Shown here piece by piece: positions 11,901 to 50,154 of a stretch of 64,000 bases of DNA. A model generated the notes under the pieces. The model did not search any database. It was given only the letters and a program-made list of their open reading frames with translations, and was not told the DNA's origin. Numbering within the stretch: position 1 is the first letter of the stretch; each line of letters opens with the position of its first letter. The DNA comes from Chrysomallon squamiferum (Eukaryota; Animalia; Mollusca): the NCBI GenBank assembly GCA_012295275.1, contig CM022671.1, forward strand, positions 36,766,001 to 36,830,000, in the 5' to 3' direction. Made by a program: the position numbers and the translations under genes.

Positions 11901-14891
11901 TTTAATTGCATTGATGTGGAAACGTAATGAAACTCCTCTCAACTACATTCTTCTTGCCTTGTTTGTAAGTCTGTTGAAGTTTTTCAATTATTGCTACATA
12001 ATCATTTTTACAATTAAAATAATTATACATCTGTAAATATATTTGTTTATCGTAATAGTATGTTTTTATGTTCATTATAAAAATTTAAAACTTGTATAAA
12101 AGCTATGTTTTGTTTAAAAATATGATATTTTTCATTAACATAGTAAATAATTTATAATGTTATGCATATTAAACATTCTCTCTATTCTAACTAAACACTT
12201 AGAAAACTGGAAATTATAAAAAAAAAAAAAAAAAAACAAACAAACAAACAAAAAAACCCCAAACATATTTAACTTTATTATGGAATGTGTGTAACTGGTG
12301 TTATTTACAAGTTTTCTTGCTTTCCAGACTTTAATGGAATCTTATTCTGTTGGGGTGATAGGTATGTAACCAAAATGAATAAAAAATATTTACTCATTAT
12401 AATCAGCATTGTGCAGTATGCAAAATTATAAGAAATATCTGAATGGCTTATTTTTTGAAGTCTATAATTTATCAAATGATAAAAAAATACCTGAATAGTT
12501 TATTATTATTTGAAGTGTGTATTTTATAAAATGATAAAAATATCTGAATTTCTTTTTCTGTATAATCTGTATATACTGTTATTTTCAAGTTAAAAGTTAA
12601 ATTTTGTTGAAATGTTTGAGAAATGAAAGATTGATGGAAAGTTTTACAGTCTACAGTAATGTACAATTAAAATGTTTTTCAAATCATTTGTGGATTCTGT
12701 TCCATAGTGCACAGAAGTGTGTGAGATTTTGTGTGTGACTGCAATTGCTTCACATTCAGTAGCAATGAACGTTTCTTATGGATATTTATAATTAATTACC
12801 TCTGATTTTATTTAAAATAACTGAACTGAACTGATGATTTTTGACATACAGCTGAGTACACTGTTATGTGTATTTTTGTGTTATGTGTACTGTATGTCAG
12901 TAATTTGTTTCTTTCAGTGACATTTTACAATGTGAGCTCAGTTGTCGAAGCGTTTGTGTTAACTCTCGGAGTCACTCTGGCACTCACTGTTTATACACTT
13001 CAGAGCAAACGTGACTTCAGCTCCTGGGGCGCAGGGTAAACCTTTTTACTTACACTAATCAGCCAAACATCTGTGTAACACAGACTTGTAATGGGGACGG
13101 TTTGTAACAGGTTTTCTCATTTTATGAATTACAAGCCCAGTGCTTCCACAATTTGTCCTGGAGAGTAACATAAAGTTTGCTGAGTTACAGACCCCTTTAA
13201 TTTTATCATTCAGTAACTTGTAAGTAATAACAAATTAATTTAAAGGGGAAGAAAAAGTTAATTGTTGAACCATTTACGTACATTAATTAACTATATTCTT
13301 GTCATTAACTTTTGTAGATGAAATGTATGATAAATGTTTTGAAATAATTGATGTTGTTTTGCAAGGAAAGGGGAGGTCCTGTTTCTTTATAAAGTTAACT
13401 GAACTTTATGCAGTTTTTGATGGGGAAGTCTTAATGTTTGAAAATAATAAAACTTAGAATAAAAACTTCATTTTGAATTACATGATACTTCTTGATTGAT
13501 CCTTTACAGAGATTCAGCAAATGGCAAAAGTCCAAATATGAACAGCTAATTGCAACAACTTGATGGTATCAAAGTTATCAATTTAAAATAAACCTTCATT
13601 GATTTCCTATTATTTTTGAAAATAATTTCTATTCTTGAAATACAATGCAGATCAAGACTTGTTTGTTTACATAGACGGTGATTGTAGACAAGACAGTCTA
13701 ACGGTGGTTTGTTGGGTAATCTTACTATATGGTGTATTTGACTTGGTGTGAGGGTACAGCAGTAGAACAAGATAAATTTATATGTATTTAACCTTTAGCA
13801 TCAGTACACTGGCAGTCTGGATCAGCATAGTGTGTTGAGTGATTTTTGTGTGAAAATTCATGGATTTTAGGCAGATTTTTTATAGTAGAAGAAATAATAG
13901 ACACTTTAAATCATTTTGGTGATACTTCGACAAAATATGGATTAATGCAAGTGATGTTCAGTAAATTTCTGAAGATAATGTAATTTATAGCTATTTGAAA
14001 AAGGTTAGTTAATCTAGTATCAACTGTTTGAAAAGGATGTGTCCCTTGTGACCCAATTGATGTGAACATTACAGACTCCAGGGCTGAAGACTGGCATTAG
14101 ATCACAATTAAGCCAAATCTGTTATATAAATGTACAACTCAGAAAGTTACTCTCTTACGTTTGTTGTGCCATAATCACTCGGGAATTCAGAAATAGGGTC
14201 CAAGTAAAACTAGGTCAAAAATTTAAATATGGTGGATTGATGCTGAACACAGAGATGGCACCATACAAGGAGAGTGTGTTACAAAGAGGTTTGATTATGG
14301 TTAAAAAATAACAGATTTCACAAACAGGCAATCTGTTTAAAAATGTGTTTTAACTGTAAGTTTAATAAATGTGTATTTTACTATAAGTTTCACGTCTGAA
14401 AATAATCATTATGGGTATTTAATTGCAGATTGTATATGAATGTATTTTATTACAAGTTTTGTGATCAGTGAAAATAAGTGTATATTGTGTTTTCAATATT
14501 TTCAGGCTGTTTTCATTGTTGTGGATTCTGATACTGGCAGGCTTGTTACAAGTAAGTACAAGGGTTAATGTTTAACTCTTCAGCAGTTCTGCACACCAAA
14601 GAAAACAAATTTATGTAGTGCAATTTTCTCTTGCTGTATTTTTTTTAATAATATTTAGTGAACTGACAAGGAATATTGTTCATTTTGCAGCTGTTTTTTC
14701 CAAGTGTGTTGATGGACAAGATGATAGCCATTGGAGGAGCTTTTCTCTTCTCCATGTTCATCATCTTTGACACACACATGATGATGCACAAGCTGTCACC
14801 AGAGGAATACATCCTTGCTTCCATCAACCTTTACTTGGACATTCTCAACCTGTTCCTGCACATCTTACGAGCTCTTGGAGATCGCAAATGA
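8407..14891 (+). CDS. TMBIM4: Protein lifeguard 4 / transmembrane BAX inhibitor motif-containing 4 (GAAP), 244 aa
   Basis: Seven exons with canonical splice sites, all in frame: 8407-8527, 10569-10677, 11859-11964, 12328-12361, 12918-13035, 14506-14551, 14691-14891. Motifs [36 protein letters not shown] and [28 protein letters not shown]. Confidence 0.96.
9230..9520. repeat. ~50-bp intronic tandem repeat (TMBIM4 intron 1)
   Basis: Repeats of agaacagtatattatataaatttatagccactttagttgatcag at ~50-bp spacing. Confidence 0.8.
9970..10490. repeat. 55-bp intronic tandem repeat, ~9 copies (TMBIM4 intron 1)
   Basis: gaaaatctatatctgaaaaacaccagtttgtacaacagacag recurs every 55 bp. Confidence 0.9.
10710..11035. 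repeat. ~38-40-bp intronic tandem repeat (TMBIM4 intron 2)
   Basis: gcatactgaacataatatgcaatatatacagtacactg units. Confidence 0.85.
11040..11858. repeat. ~30-bp intronic tandem repeat ending at the exon 3 acceptor (TMBIM4 intron 2)
   Basis: gttgtatttagtagttttatatttacacta units; the last ~6 copies are near perfect and the final unit supplies the 3' splice site. Confidence 0.9.
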
Positions 14892-15329
14892 TATTTCTGT
14901 GTAGATATCAGTATTTATCTGCTACACAGAATATGTTACATGTCTGTTACACTGTACCTATATATCTGATGTTGGAATTCACTATTAAAAATTAGAAAAT
15001 TCTATTTTTGTCCAGCCATAATCATTACTTAATAACAGCTCCACAGTTGACATTATTGGAATATATCTGCTACCTGATCTAGATAGCAGTAAAAAGTTAG
15101 TATTTCAAAATATCTTAAGTATAAGAAATGCTCAACCTAAGTTTATATTGTATTTTTTTGTTTTTGGTTAAATGTAGATTGAAATTTTTATATTGTTATA
15201 TAGTGAAAAGAATGTTAATATTTACCTGAAATAGTGAAAGTAGATTTAAAATATTTAATAGTGAAAAGAACTTTTATACAATTTGTTTGTTGTACAGCTG
15301 CTTCTATTGTTTAAACATTGACTTCTCTT

Positions 15330-15680
15330 CAGTTCTTGAAATAATTTGCATCAGTACACGGTTCTGTTGAAGGTGAATAATTTACATCAATACTTTGTTC
15401 TGTGTGTGGTTGTTTACATCATTGGTTTGTTCTGTTACAATTTAATTGTTTACAGTAGTACTTTGTTTTGTCTTGTAATTTAATTGTTTACATGAGCACT
15501 TTGTTCTGCGTTGTAATCTAATTGTTTACATTAACTTTCGCGTTGTGTTAACTTATTTACATCAGTAGTTTGTCCTGTTGTAATTGTTTATATTAGTCCT
15601 TTGTTCTGTACTGTCATTAAATTGTTTACATCAATACTTTGTTGTGTTGTAATTAAAATGTTTACCTCAGTACTTATTAA
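15330..15680. repeat. Degenerate ~37-bp tandem repeat downstream of the TMBIM4 stop (likely 3' UTR)
   Basis: Recurring ttgtttacatcagtactttgttctgt motif. Confidence 0.6.
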
Positions 15681-16186
15681 TATAATTACAACTAATTTTG
15701 TTCACGTTTTTCCTTCTGAATAAAGTTTAAAATAATTATTTGAATCACTTATGTTGTAACTTAAAATATAGATCACACATTTAATTTCTTGTTTCATCAA
15801 GCTGTGACATTTCCTGAATTACAGTAATCAGCCAACAACAGTTACTGAACACATTTCTCTGATCAGTATTTCATCCATGTTCACTCACTACTGTCTTGTA
15901 ATGATATATTACTATTTGCATATTAACAGCTGTCATTATCCATACGGACATTATAAACATAGTCCCACAAAAACATTATATATATATTATGTATCTACAT
16001 TTATACTGTGGTCCTGTGCCCTTTCAGAAGTGGGCCATTGCATTTTCATTAAAATTACTAAGGCCTATTTGCATGGCACGTAGTCCTGTCAAACCAACAT
16101 TTGTCTGTTCTGTAAATCTTCATTGCAGCATACACCATTGTATTTGAATTTTTTATCATTTTCATAAAAGTGCAATACTGATATTT

Positions 16187-19100
16187 TTATTCATGCAGTG
16201 TTTTTTTTGTAAAATTCATTTTTAAAAAAATATATATATCAACTAAAATATATTTTGATACTGCTTTATTTAAGTGTCGACTTGACTCATTAAACTTTCT
16301 GTTTGAAATCCCACTTTCACTTTTCACTTCATTAATTTTTTCAGTTCTGTCATCATTCTGTGTATCAATTTTATCATCATCCTCTGTGTCAGTTTTATCA
16401 TCATCCTGTGTGTCAGTTTTATCATCATCCTGTGTGTCAGTTTTATCATCATTCTCTGTGTCAGTTTTATCATCATCCTGTGTATCGGTGCTATCATCAT
16501 CACTGTCTCTGACACTGCTCTGAGAACACATTACAAGTTTTGCCACAGAACTTGTCAACCTGTCAACATCTCTGCTATTTGATTCTGACTGTTCTTTAAT
16601 AACTATTTCAGCAGCACTTTCAAGTTCTTCAAGAGAAAATCCCACCTCAGTTTTCTCTATCTGTATCTGAAATACACAAACAGGAAATGTTTTCTTATTG
16701 ACTGTTAATTCTGTTATATAGTTTTAGGCATAAACATAAAATATGATGACAATGAAGTCAGATAAAAACATTATAATGATAGAATAGGTAAATGTTTTTT
16801 GTCTGCTAACTTGCTGATATATTAGTCATAAAACAATGATGTAATGTTTCAATATTCTTACATACACGAATATACAGCCTGGATAAAAGGGTCTGATATA
16901 AATAACATGACCAGTGTTAAATAATATGAAATTGTTTGACATGTGCATTAATAAAATTGTGATTATTAAATATATTTAACAGGGCAAATGAGAATCAAGA
17001 CTTTACAAACCTCTTCCAATGTTTTAGCCAGAGTTTTCAGTTTCTTTTCACTGCAACCAAAATATGTTAACAATGTAATTGTCAGCTAATACACCTTCAT
17101 TAAACATACATTGCAGACCATTACAAAATGTACTTATACATTAGTAAATATATATACCAGTTTGTATGTCTGTATGTAAGCTATGTATATGTATATGAGT
17201 TGTATGTCTGTATGTAAGCTATGTATATGTATGTGAGTTGTATGTCTGTACGTAAGCTATGTATATGTATATGAGTTGTATGTGTGTATGAAAGTTGTAG
17301 GTATAGGTACATTCAAGTTTGTAATAAACATGTTAACTAACTCTGCCGTTTGAATCCATACACAGTAGTCAGTGATGTAGAGATCATTGAGAATGTATCG
17401 CTGCTCAGTTTCTTGGAGAATTGAGTGGATTTCTAACAAACATTTCAACAACTGGTGTTTTCCTGAAAACAGAAACACTTCTGTGACAGCCATTACGAAA
17501 AAATAACTGATTCACAATCTGAAGTTTACTGTTTATTTAAATATCTCAAACGATTTCAGGGTTACTCAAATATGTTTTTCTATCTAAACAGAAAACCTAA
17601 TGTTACATCACTTTTTCAGAACAGTGTTAGATAATGTATATAATTACTTAGGAAGAAGATACAAACTAAATCTATCAAGACTATTTGATAATGTATATAA
17701 TTACCTATAAAGAAGACAGAAATTGTATCTTTCAGTACAGTTTTACATAAATCCCAATGACGATAGAGAGGATAGCTCAGACTTCTTCTGAAACATGTTG
17801 TAACAACTTCCTTTACTGATGTAAAAACCTGAAAATATGCAAATACATTCTTCAAATTCTAAAATATCTGAAAATACATATTTACATTTTTTATAGACTA
17901 GAACAGCTGAAAATATACAATTACATTCTATATAGACTAGAATACCTGAAAATACACAATTACATTCTTCATAGACTAGAATATCTGAAAGTATGCAATT
18001 ACATTCTTTATAGACTAGAACAGCTGAAAATTAAACTATACATATAATGATATAAACTATAGATGTAACAAATGATCAAAAACAGGAGATTACTCACATC
18101 AAGCCATGATAGAGTAGCACTCAGTTTACAGATAGTCCAGCCTGACTCCACCTGTAACATACACTTCAATAATCACTTCACAAATACATTTCAGTAATCA
18201 CTTCACATATACAACACTTCAGTAATCAAATATATAACACTTCAGTAATCACATCACACACAACTTAACTAATCACTTCACACATACAACACTTAACATA
18301 CACACTTCAGTAATCACTTCACATATAGAACATCAGTAATCAGTTCACATGTACATTACAGTAATCACTTCACATATAGAACACCAGTAATCACTTCAGA
18401 TAAACAACACTTCAGTAATCACTTCACACATACAACACTTCACATAACCAATTCACATATACATTTCAGTAATCACTTCACATATAGAACACCAGTAATC
18501 ACTTCACATACACAACACTCCAGTAATCATTTCACATATATAACACTTCAGTGATCACTTCACATCACTTCACATATATAACACTTCAGTGATCACTTCA
18601 CATATACGACACTTCAGTGATCACTTCACATATACGACACTTCAGTGATCACTTCACATATACAACACTTCAGTGATCACTTCACATATACAACACTTCA
18701 GTAATCACTTCACATATAGAACACTCCAGTAATCACTTCACATATACAACACTTCAGTGATCACTTCACATATACAACACTTCAGAGTAATCACGTCACA
18801 TACACAACACTCCAGTAATCACTTCACATATACACCACTTCAGTGATCACTTCACACATACAATTCAGTAATAACTTCACATATACATTTTGTAATCAGT
18901 GTGAACTGCATGTGCATATATCAGTTTTAAATGTACCTATGATTCTAAAAAATCACTTTTATAAATTCTAAATATGTTATTTGTTTAATATTTGCATAAA
19001 TCATTTGATCTTAAAATGCACACAACTGTTATTAAAATGGTTACTTTGAAATCTAGAGAATTAAAAATAAGTTTGTTTCTTACATTGTTTTCTCCTTCAT

Positions 19101-22100
19101 TTATTCTGTGGTTGTAAGCAAAAGCAAAAATAATGTCAACCAGACTGAGATAAACAGCTGCTGTGTTGTCAATCAAATCTGGATATGCAGTCAAGGATAA
19201 AAACAAGATAAACTTTGTATGTAAAATAAACTGCTATCATATAGACAGAAAGGATACACTCCTTGTTGGTGAGATTCTTCAGTGTTTCCCTTTCTTTATC
19301 TGTGAACTTCACTGAAAACGAGCAAAGATTTACATTTGACAAAACCAGCAAATACACACAGTATTAAATTCAGATTTGTATTGTAACAAGTCCAGTGTAA
19401 TGTGAATATGTTAGATGATATTGTTTTATATCTATGTCTTACCTATATCTTCAATTCTTTTCCCCAGTTTAACTTTTTCATACAGTTCTGTCCATGGTGG
19501 AATATATTCCAAAATAGCTGCCAATGAGTCATTCTGATACAAGTCTGCTCTGAAAAAAAAAAAACCCACATCAAATAATGTGTACTGTTAATGTCTTGTA
19601 CTAAATAATGTGTTACTTATCCAAATATTGTATTATCACTAAATATTGTGTTACTGTTGATATGTCCTTTACTAAATAATATGTTACTGTTGATATGTCT
19701 TGTCCCTAAATAATGTGTTAGTGTTAATGTCTTGTACTAAATGGGTTACTTTTTATATGTCCTGTACAAGATAATGTGTTATATCTCTCTGTCTTGTATT
19801 ATCACTAAATAATGTGTTACTGTTAATATGTCTGGTACTAAATGTGACATCTAACAATCATGTTAATAATACAGTGTGACAATTATACATTTGTTGTGTG
19901 TAGACTCCATTTCAATACTTACAAATAATAATCATCATCGAACTTCTCATCTTCATCTCTGATACGAAGGAGACATCTGTCTTTGAGAGGGACACAGTCA
20001 GGATCTTGCAAGTCTATCAACTCGGTAAACTCAGACTACAGAAAAACAAAATATTTCACACTGTACAAAGCTGCCTTATCAAGGGCTAATCCTGTTATTA
20101 CCAAAAAATGTCTTTCTGTCAGATAATGAATTTCGAAACAAAAGCTTAAAACAGTTTGTAAACTTGTATAATGTAAATTTGTAAAACATTTAAATTTTAA
20201 ACTTGTTTAATGTATACTGAAAAGCACTGAAATTTTGAACTTGTGTAATGTATACTTGTAAAACACTGAAATTTTAAATAATGTAACAAACTTGTAAAAC
20301 ATTGAGTTTGTAAACTTGTATAATGTATACTTTTTAAAACAGTGAGTTTGTAAACTTGTATAATGTATACTTTTTAAAACAGTGAGTTTGTAAACTTGTG
20401 TAATGTATACTTGTAAAACATTGAATTTATAAACTTGTTTAGTGTAAACTTGTGTAATGTATACTTATAAAACTGTGAGTTTGTAAACTTGTAAAACAGT
20501 AGGTTTGAAAACTTGTACAGTGTATACTCATAAAACTGAGTGTCTAAATGAGAGGTGTATGTTAGTGGGTATATAAAAAAAATGGTAAGCAGAAAAATAT
20601 AAAATCCTAACAACATAAACAACTAAGAGCTATTTATTATGTTGTTTACTACAGTTAAAATGTTGTGTTTAAGTGTTATTACTTGAGCCTGGTGTTTATT
20701 TTTAAATTTTGAGTAGAAATGTTGTTTTAAGTGGTTATTACTAAAGTCTGAGTTGAAATGTGTTAAATGTTTATTTCTAAAGTTTGAGTTGAGATGTTGT
20801 GTTGTGATGTGTTTATTAGTAAATTTTGAGTAGAAATATTGTGTTATTATTAAGTGTTTACTTTCTCATACTTGCAGCTTGCTGAAAACTCCACATCTGA
20901 GGTTTGCAAACCCATAGCAAGGTGAAGTCAATGGCAGAGCATCAGTGGTCGCTACCTCTTGTTCTACATGCCAATCAAAATCATCAACATCATCAACATC
21001 TACTACACTTCCATTAAGACTGTCTGATCCACTTTCTGTAACAACAATGTTCAAACTGTGTATTTACAGATATAAAATGTATATTTACATGTTTAAACTG
21101 TGTTTACAAGCATAAACAGTGTATTTACAGGAACAAAATAACTTTACAGATCTAATCTGTGTATTTACAGGTATAAACTGTGTATTTAAAGATGTAAACT
21201 GTATATCTATAGCTACGAAGAGTGTGGACACCTTACCGGTGACTTGAATGGTGGGAAGTTTAGCTGACTTGAGACCTTTAGGACTGAGAAGTTTGGTCAG
21301 CATGTCAAGATCTTCGAACCTTTCACCAGGGCACTCCTTAGCCACTCTGACAATAAACGTTCCTACAAAGAGTGACACATGTGTCTTAACTATTCATCAC
21401 AAACTCCAAGCTGTATAAAGAGTAAATAAACAAATGTTACAAATCAAACACTGTGTATTAAAACTCACCTTTTTCTGAATCATATCTGGCAGTTTCTCGA
21501 CCATCCTCAATTATCCTGCCTGGGAGACAGAGTCTGAAAAGAGAGAACAATATAAATTACAAGTTTATATCATTTTCTACATTAATAAATTACAAGTTTA
21601 TATGATTTTCTACATTAATAAATTACAAGTTAATATTGCTATTTACAAGTTTATATCATTTTCTGAATTAATATATTACAAGTTTATATCACTTTGTATT
21701 TATATATATTACAAGTTTATATCGCTATTTACAAGTTTATATCATTTTCTGTATTAATAAATTATAACTTCTTATCATCCTCTCATAAATAAATCTTTAT
21801 TCTTATAAATACACAATAATAAATATTTACAATCATTCCATTACATAAACAATATTTTAATTACATTTTCTTTACATTAATATAAATATCTGTATCATTT
21901 TCTCTATTTTAACAACATAAATAAATGTTGTAATATTTATGTAATTATTCCATGCTCAGCATCTCAATACAAATACAGTATATATGACAGACCCACCTCA
22001 AGAAATATGGTTTGGAATAAAATTTAAAATCTGTTCCATCAATAAAAATTTCAGTGTCAGAGATCTGAAAATACAAATATACATAAACTGTACATATAAA

Positions 22101-22899
22101 TATCACTTTTACTCTGTCAATACATTATTTACAAGAAGAGTCAGGGTTAGGTTTAGGGCTCCAATCAGTGACTTTCATGTACATACATCATTATCACAGC
22201 ACCATGGTTTGAACATGTAACCTTTGAATGTCTTTTTCATCCTGATTATAATTTATTCTGAAACTTCAAATCAGACTTTGAAAAGGGGATATTTTTTTTT
22301 TTTTGCCACTAATTCTACTCAGTGATAAAAGATTAGCTAACATTTTACTGAATATGTTGTCATAGTCCACAGCTAGTGCAAAAGGCCATATGTCTAACTG
22401 TGGCTTGATAAATCAGCTGATGTCTCTCAGTAATTATCTACATTTCTGTGCTTCCATTTAGATCGCTGGTCTGCAACCCTTTTTGAAGTTTTTCATATAT
22501 TATAAGATACACATAAAAACTAGAAAAACTAAGCACAAGAATCTAATGCTGCTCAGGCACAGTCAGTATATCCCACGTGCTTCATGTTTTGTTTAGCGAA
22601 AACATTTTGAAACATTTTTGCTAATAAAGCGTCAGTCTTCCCTTTTTATTAAATAAAATCTCTTCGTACAACTGTTACGAATCCTATTATTAGAAATAAT
22701 AATAATTTACACAACTTACACTGTAAGTTACACTTACAGTATAAAAAACTATAAAATTACTGAAATATAGTCCAATAAAAAAAATTGTAAACATACAAGT
22801 AACAATACATAATATAAAACGAACCTTTGTAAATGGCGCCCTGATTACAATTGTTACAAACGTTTCATCTTGACAAAGCTCAAAAACTGGTGTTAACAT
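16187..22899 (-). CDS. SHQ1: Protein SHQ1 homolog (H/ACA RNP assembly factor), ~561 aa
   Basis: 14 exons in frame: 22899-22825, 22064-21997, 21533-21469, 21362-21237, 21035-20872, 20035-19923, 19549-19443, 19311-19258, 19178-19084, 18151-18098, 17828-17705, 17462-17342, 17050-17011, 16666-16187. Hallmarks: [82 protein letters not shown]. Confidence 0.95.
16350..16505 (-). repeat. 24-bp coding tandem repeat (DDDKTDTQ x ~6) in the SHQ1 last exon
   Basis: tgtgtcagttttatcatcatcctg repeated; in frame within exon 14. Confidence 0.9.
17160..17290. repeat. 38-bp tandem repeat x3 (SHQ1 intron 12)
   Basis: tgtatgtctgtatgtaagctatgtatatgtatatgagt units. Confidence 0.85.
17829..18030. repeat. ~39-bp tandem repeat containing the exon 11 acceptor (SHQ1 intron 10)
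   Basis: ctgaaaatacacaattacattcttcatagactagaata units; each carries TTTTCAG or CTTTCAG on the minus strand. Confidence 0.8.
18155..18900. repeat. ~28-bp tandem repeat (SHQ1 intron 9)
   Basis: cacttcagtRatcacttcacatatacaa, >20 copies. Confidence 0.9.
19179..19257 (-). other. U12-type (minor spliceosome) GT-AG intron, 79 nt, in SHQ1
   Basis: 5'SS GTATCCTTT and branch site TTATCCTTGAC ending ~10 nt before CCAG; its removal restores the frame (NKE-Y-LIDNT). Confidence 0.9.
20150..20540. repeat. ~40-bp tandem repeat (SHQ1 intron 5)
   Basis: aaaacagtgagtttgtaaacttgtataatgtatactt units. Confidence 0.8.
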
Positions 22900-24799
22900 T
22901 TTATTAATCTACTTTCAAGTCACAAAACGTAAAAAAGACAAAAAAAAACAAACAAAATAAATCCCACCAAAACAACAACAAAATAAAGTAACTTCCCTTC
23001 AAACCACTCTTCTTGTATTCTGTTTAATTACTTTCCTCATTCGTGGAGCCCCATCGTTTTTGATTTATTTATATGTTATGGTTTTATTGTAATCTTGCAG
23101 TTTAGTCTACCTCATATTAATATAAAATTTAGTGTAGATATAAATTAACCTTATTTGTATTGTATAGTATTATTATTTTACAACCAAAAAGAATTAAAAA
23201 TTAAAAGCTAATTACTTTTTTCCAAAAATAGATCGGTAGTGTTCGCTAGACTTGTTACATGGATCTATTTTGGTATGGACACCTGTGACAACAATAGCAA
23301 TGTTAGATAAAAACTAGTTGATTTGACAAATTTATGTTTGACGAGGATGTAATAGATGTATCCTGCTTGCAAGACAACGTATGGTGATTCTTTTGGAACC
23401 AGGCTGCAAGTGCAGAACACTGAGTGGTTTAATGACATCTAAATAATGACGACACCTGTTAGTTTTCCCGTTCTTTACTTCAGAGCACGTGAACAGAGAT
23501 ATAACAGCACACACTTAACCTCTGTGCCTGCCCATTTTACAAGCTAGTCCATGCAAAAGCAGCTTGATTCGGTTGGTATGCTGGTTCATGTTATGCCTGA
23601 AGATGTATTTATCTTGTGTATTTGGAATAGACAATACTGACGTGACGAATATGATAAAATCACCAAATGAAACGAATGTGAGATCCAGTTAATCATTCAA
23701 CTGTAGAAACTATTCGAGTTATAGTCAAACTGATTTTGTATAAACGTTTAAGGAATACATAAAATTGTAAAATAACAGAGTAGCGACGCCATTCATTGTA
23801 AAACGTACTTTTGTATTGGACGTTTAATATCTAACTTTCTCTCTTTGCGCTCATGCTTTAAGGCAGTGTAATTAATTTTTGAATCTTATTATATTGTTGG
23901 ACATTTGTGTCAAACATTTTTTTTTTTTTTTTTTTTTTTATATACATGTAAATCTTGGTCGTTCGGCGCAAACCTATGGTTGAACGTTGTATAATAATTC
24001 AGGATATTTGTCACACCATTTTATGTTGGCGCTATCTGTTATCGAGCAGGGGTGTCAAACTCATTTTCACCGAGGGTCACATCAGCATTATAGTTGTCCT
24101 CAAAGGGCCAGTTGTAACTGTTAAGACAATGCAAATGTGACTAAATGTAATGTAAAATAAATGTAACTACTCGTTAAAATATTGTTAAGTGACCGTTTAT
24201 TATTTATTCAAGTTATAAGTAACAAGATATGCATTTGCATAGATGTAAAAAATATGTTTATCACGTTAAGAAAACCAACATTACGCCATCAATTAACGAT
24301 TAAACTATTCAAGTAAATAAAGAAAAAATATAACCAAACAAGTTATGACATTAACTTTTAACATTAAAGCGTCGAGAGGGGCACAACTAGAGTACAACCA
24401 ACAATTGTGAGCTGATAAGAACATGCGTGACAGTTGTTGCATTTTACAAAAACAAATCGATGCACGCAGACTTGCAGAGGGGGTATGTACGTCCAACTAA
24501 TGAGAGATGATTTGATTACAGTAAACTTTTGTCTGCATGAACACAAAAACATTAAAATACAGTGAAGACATTGCTACGAATACAAAAATGTCCCGTCCCG
24601 TTTTGGACCCGAATTTGAATTATACTCAATATTTAATTCAGTACAATTATTCGCTTTCATTTCTTAAACTATTTTTTTTTATTGTGCTGTTACCATCTTC
24701 TATTATATCAATAATTTTTTTTTTTTTAATTAGAATTATTTTTTATTATATTCGATGAATAATAAAACAGCATTTCCCATACAGGATAAACAAATATAA

Positions 24800-50150
<25,351 letters not shown>

Positions 50151-50154
50151 CAGT

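Noticed and set aside
22140-22160. Interstitial telomere-like AGGGTTAGGTTTAGGG
   Set aside because: Only two to three imperfect units.
23240-23700. Possible transposon or exon remnant upstream of SHQ1
   Set aside because: Slightly GC-richer, but no motif or open frame I could support.
24039-24046. 8-bp target-site duplication for the hAT
   Set aside because: Left flank TTATCGAG and right flank ATCTACAT do not match; at best a decayed ATCTAGAN site.
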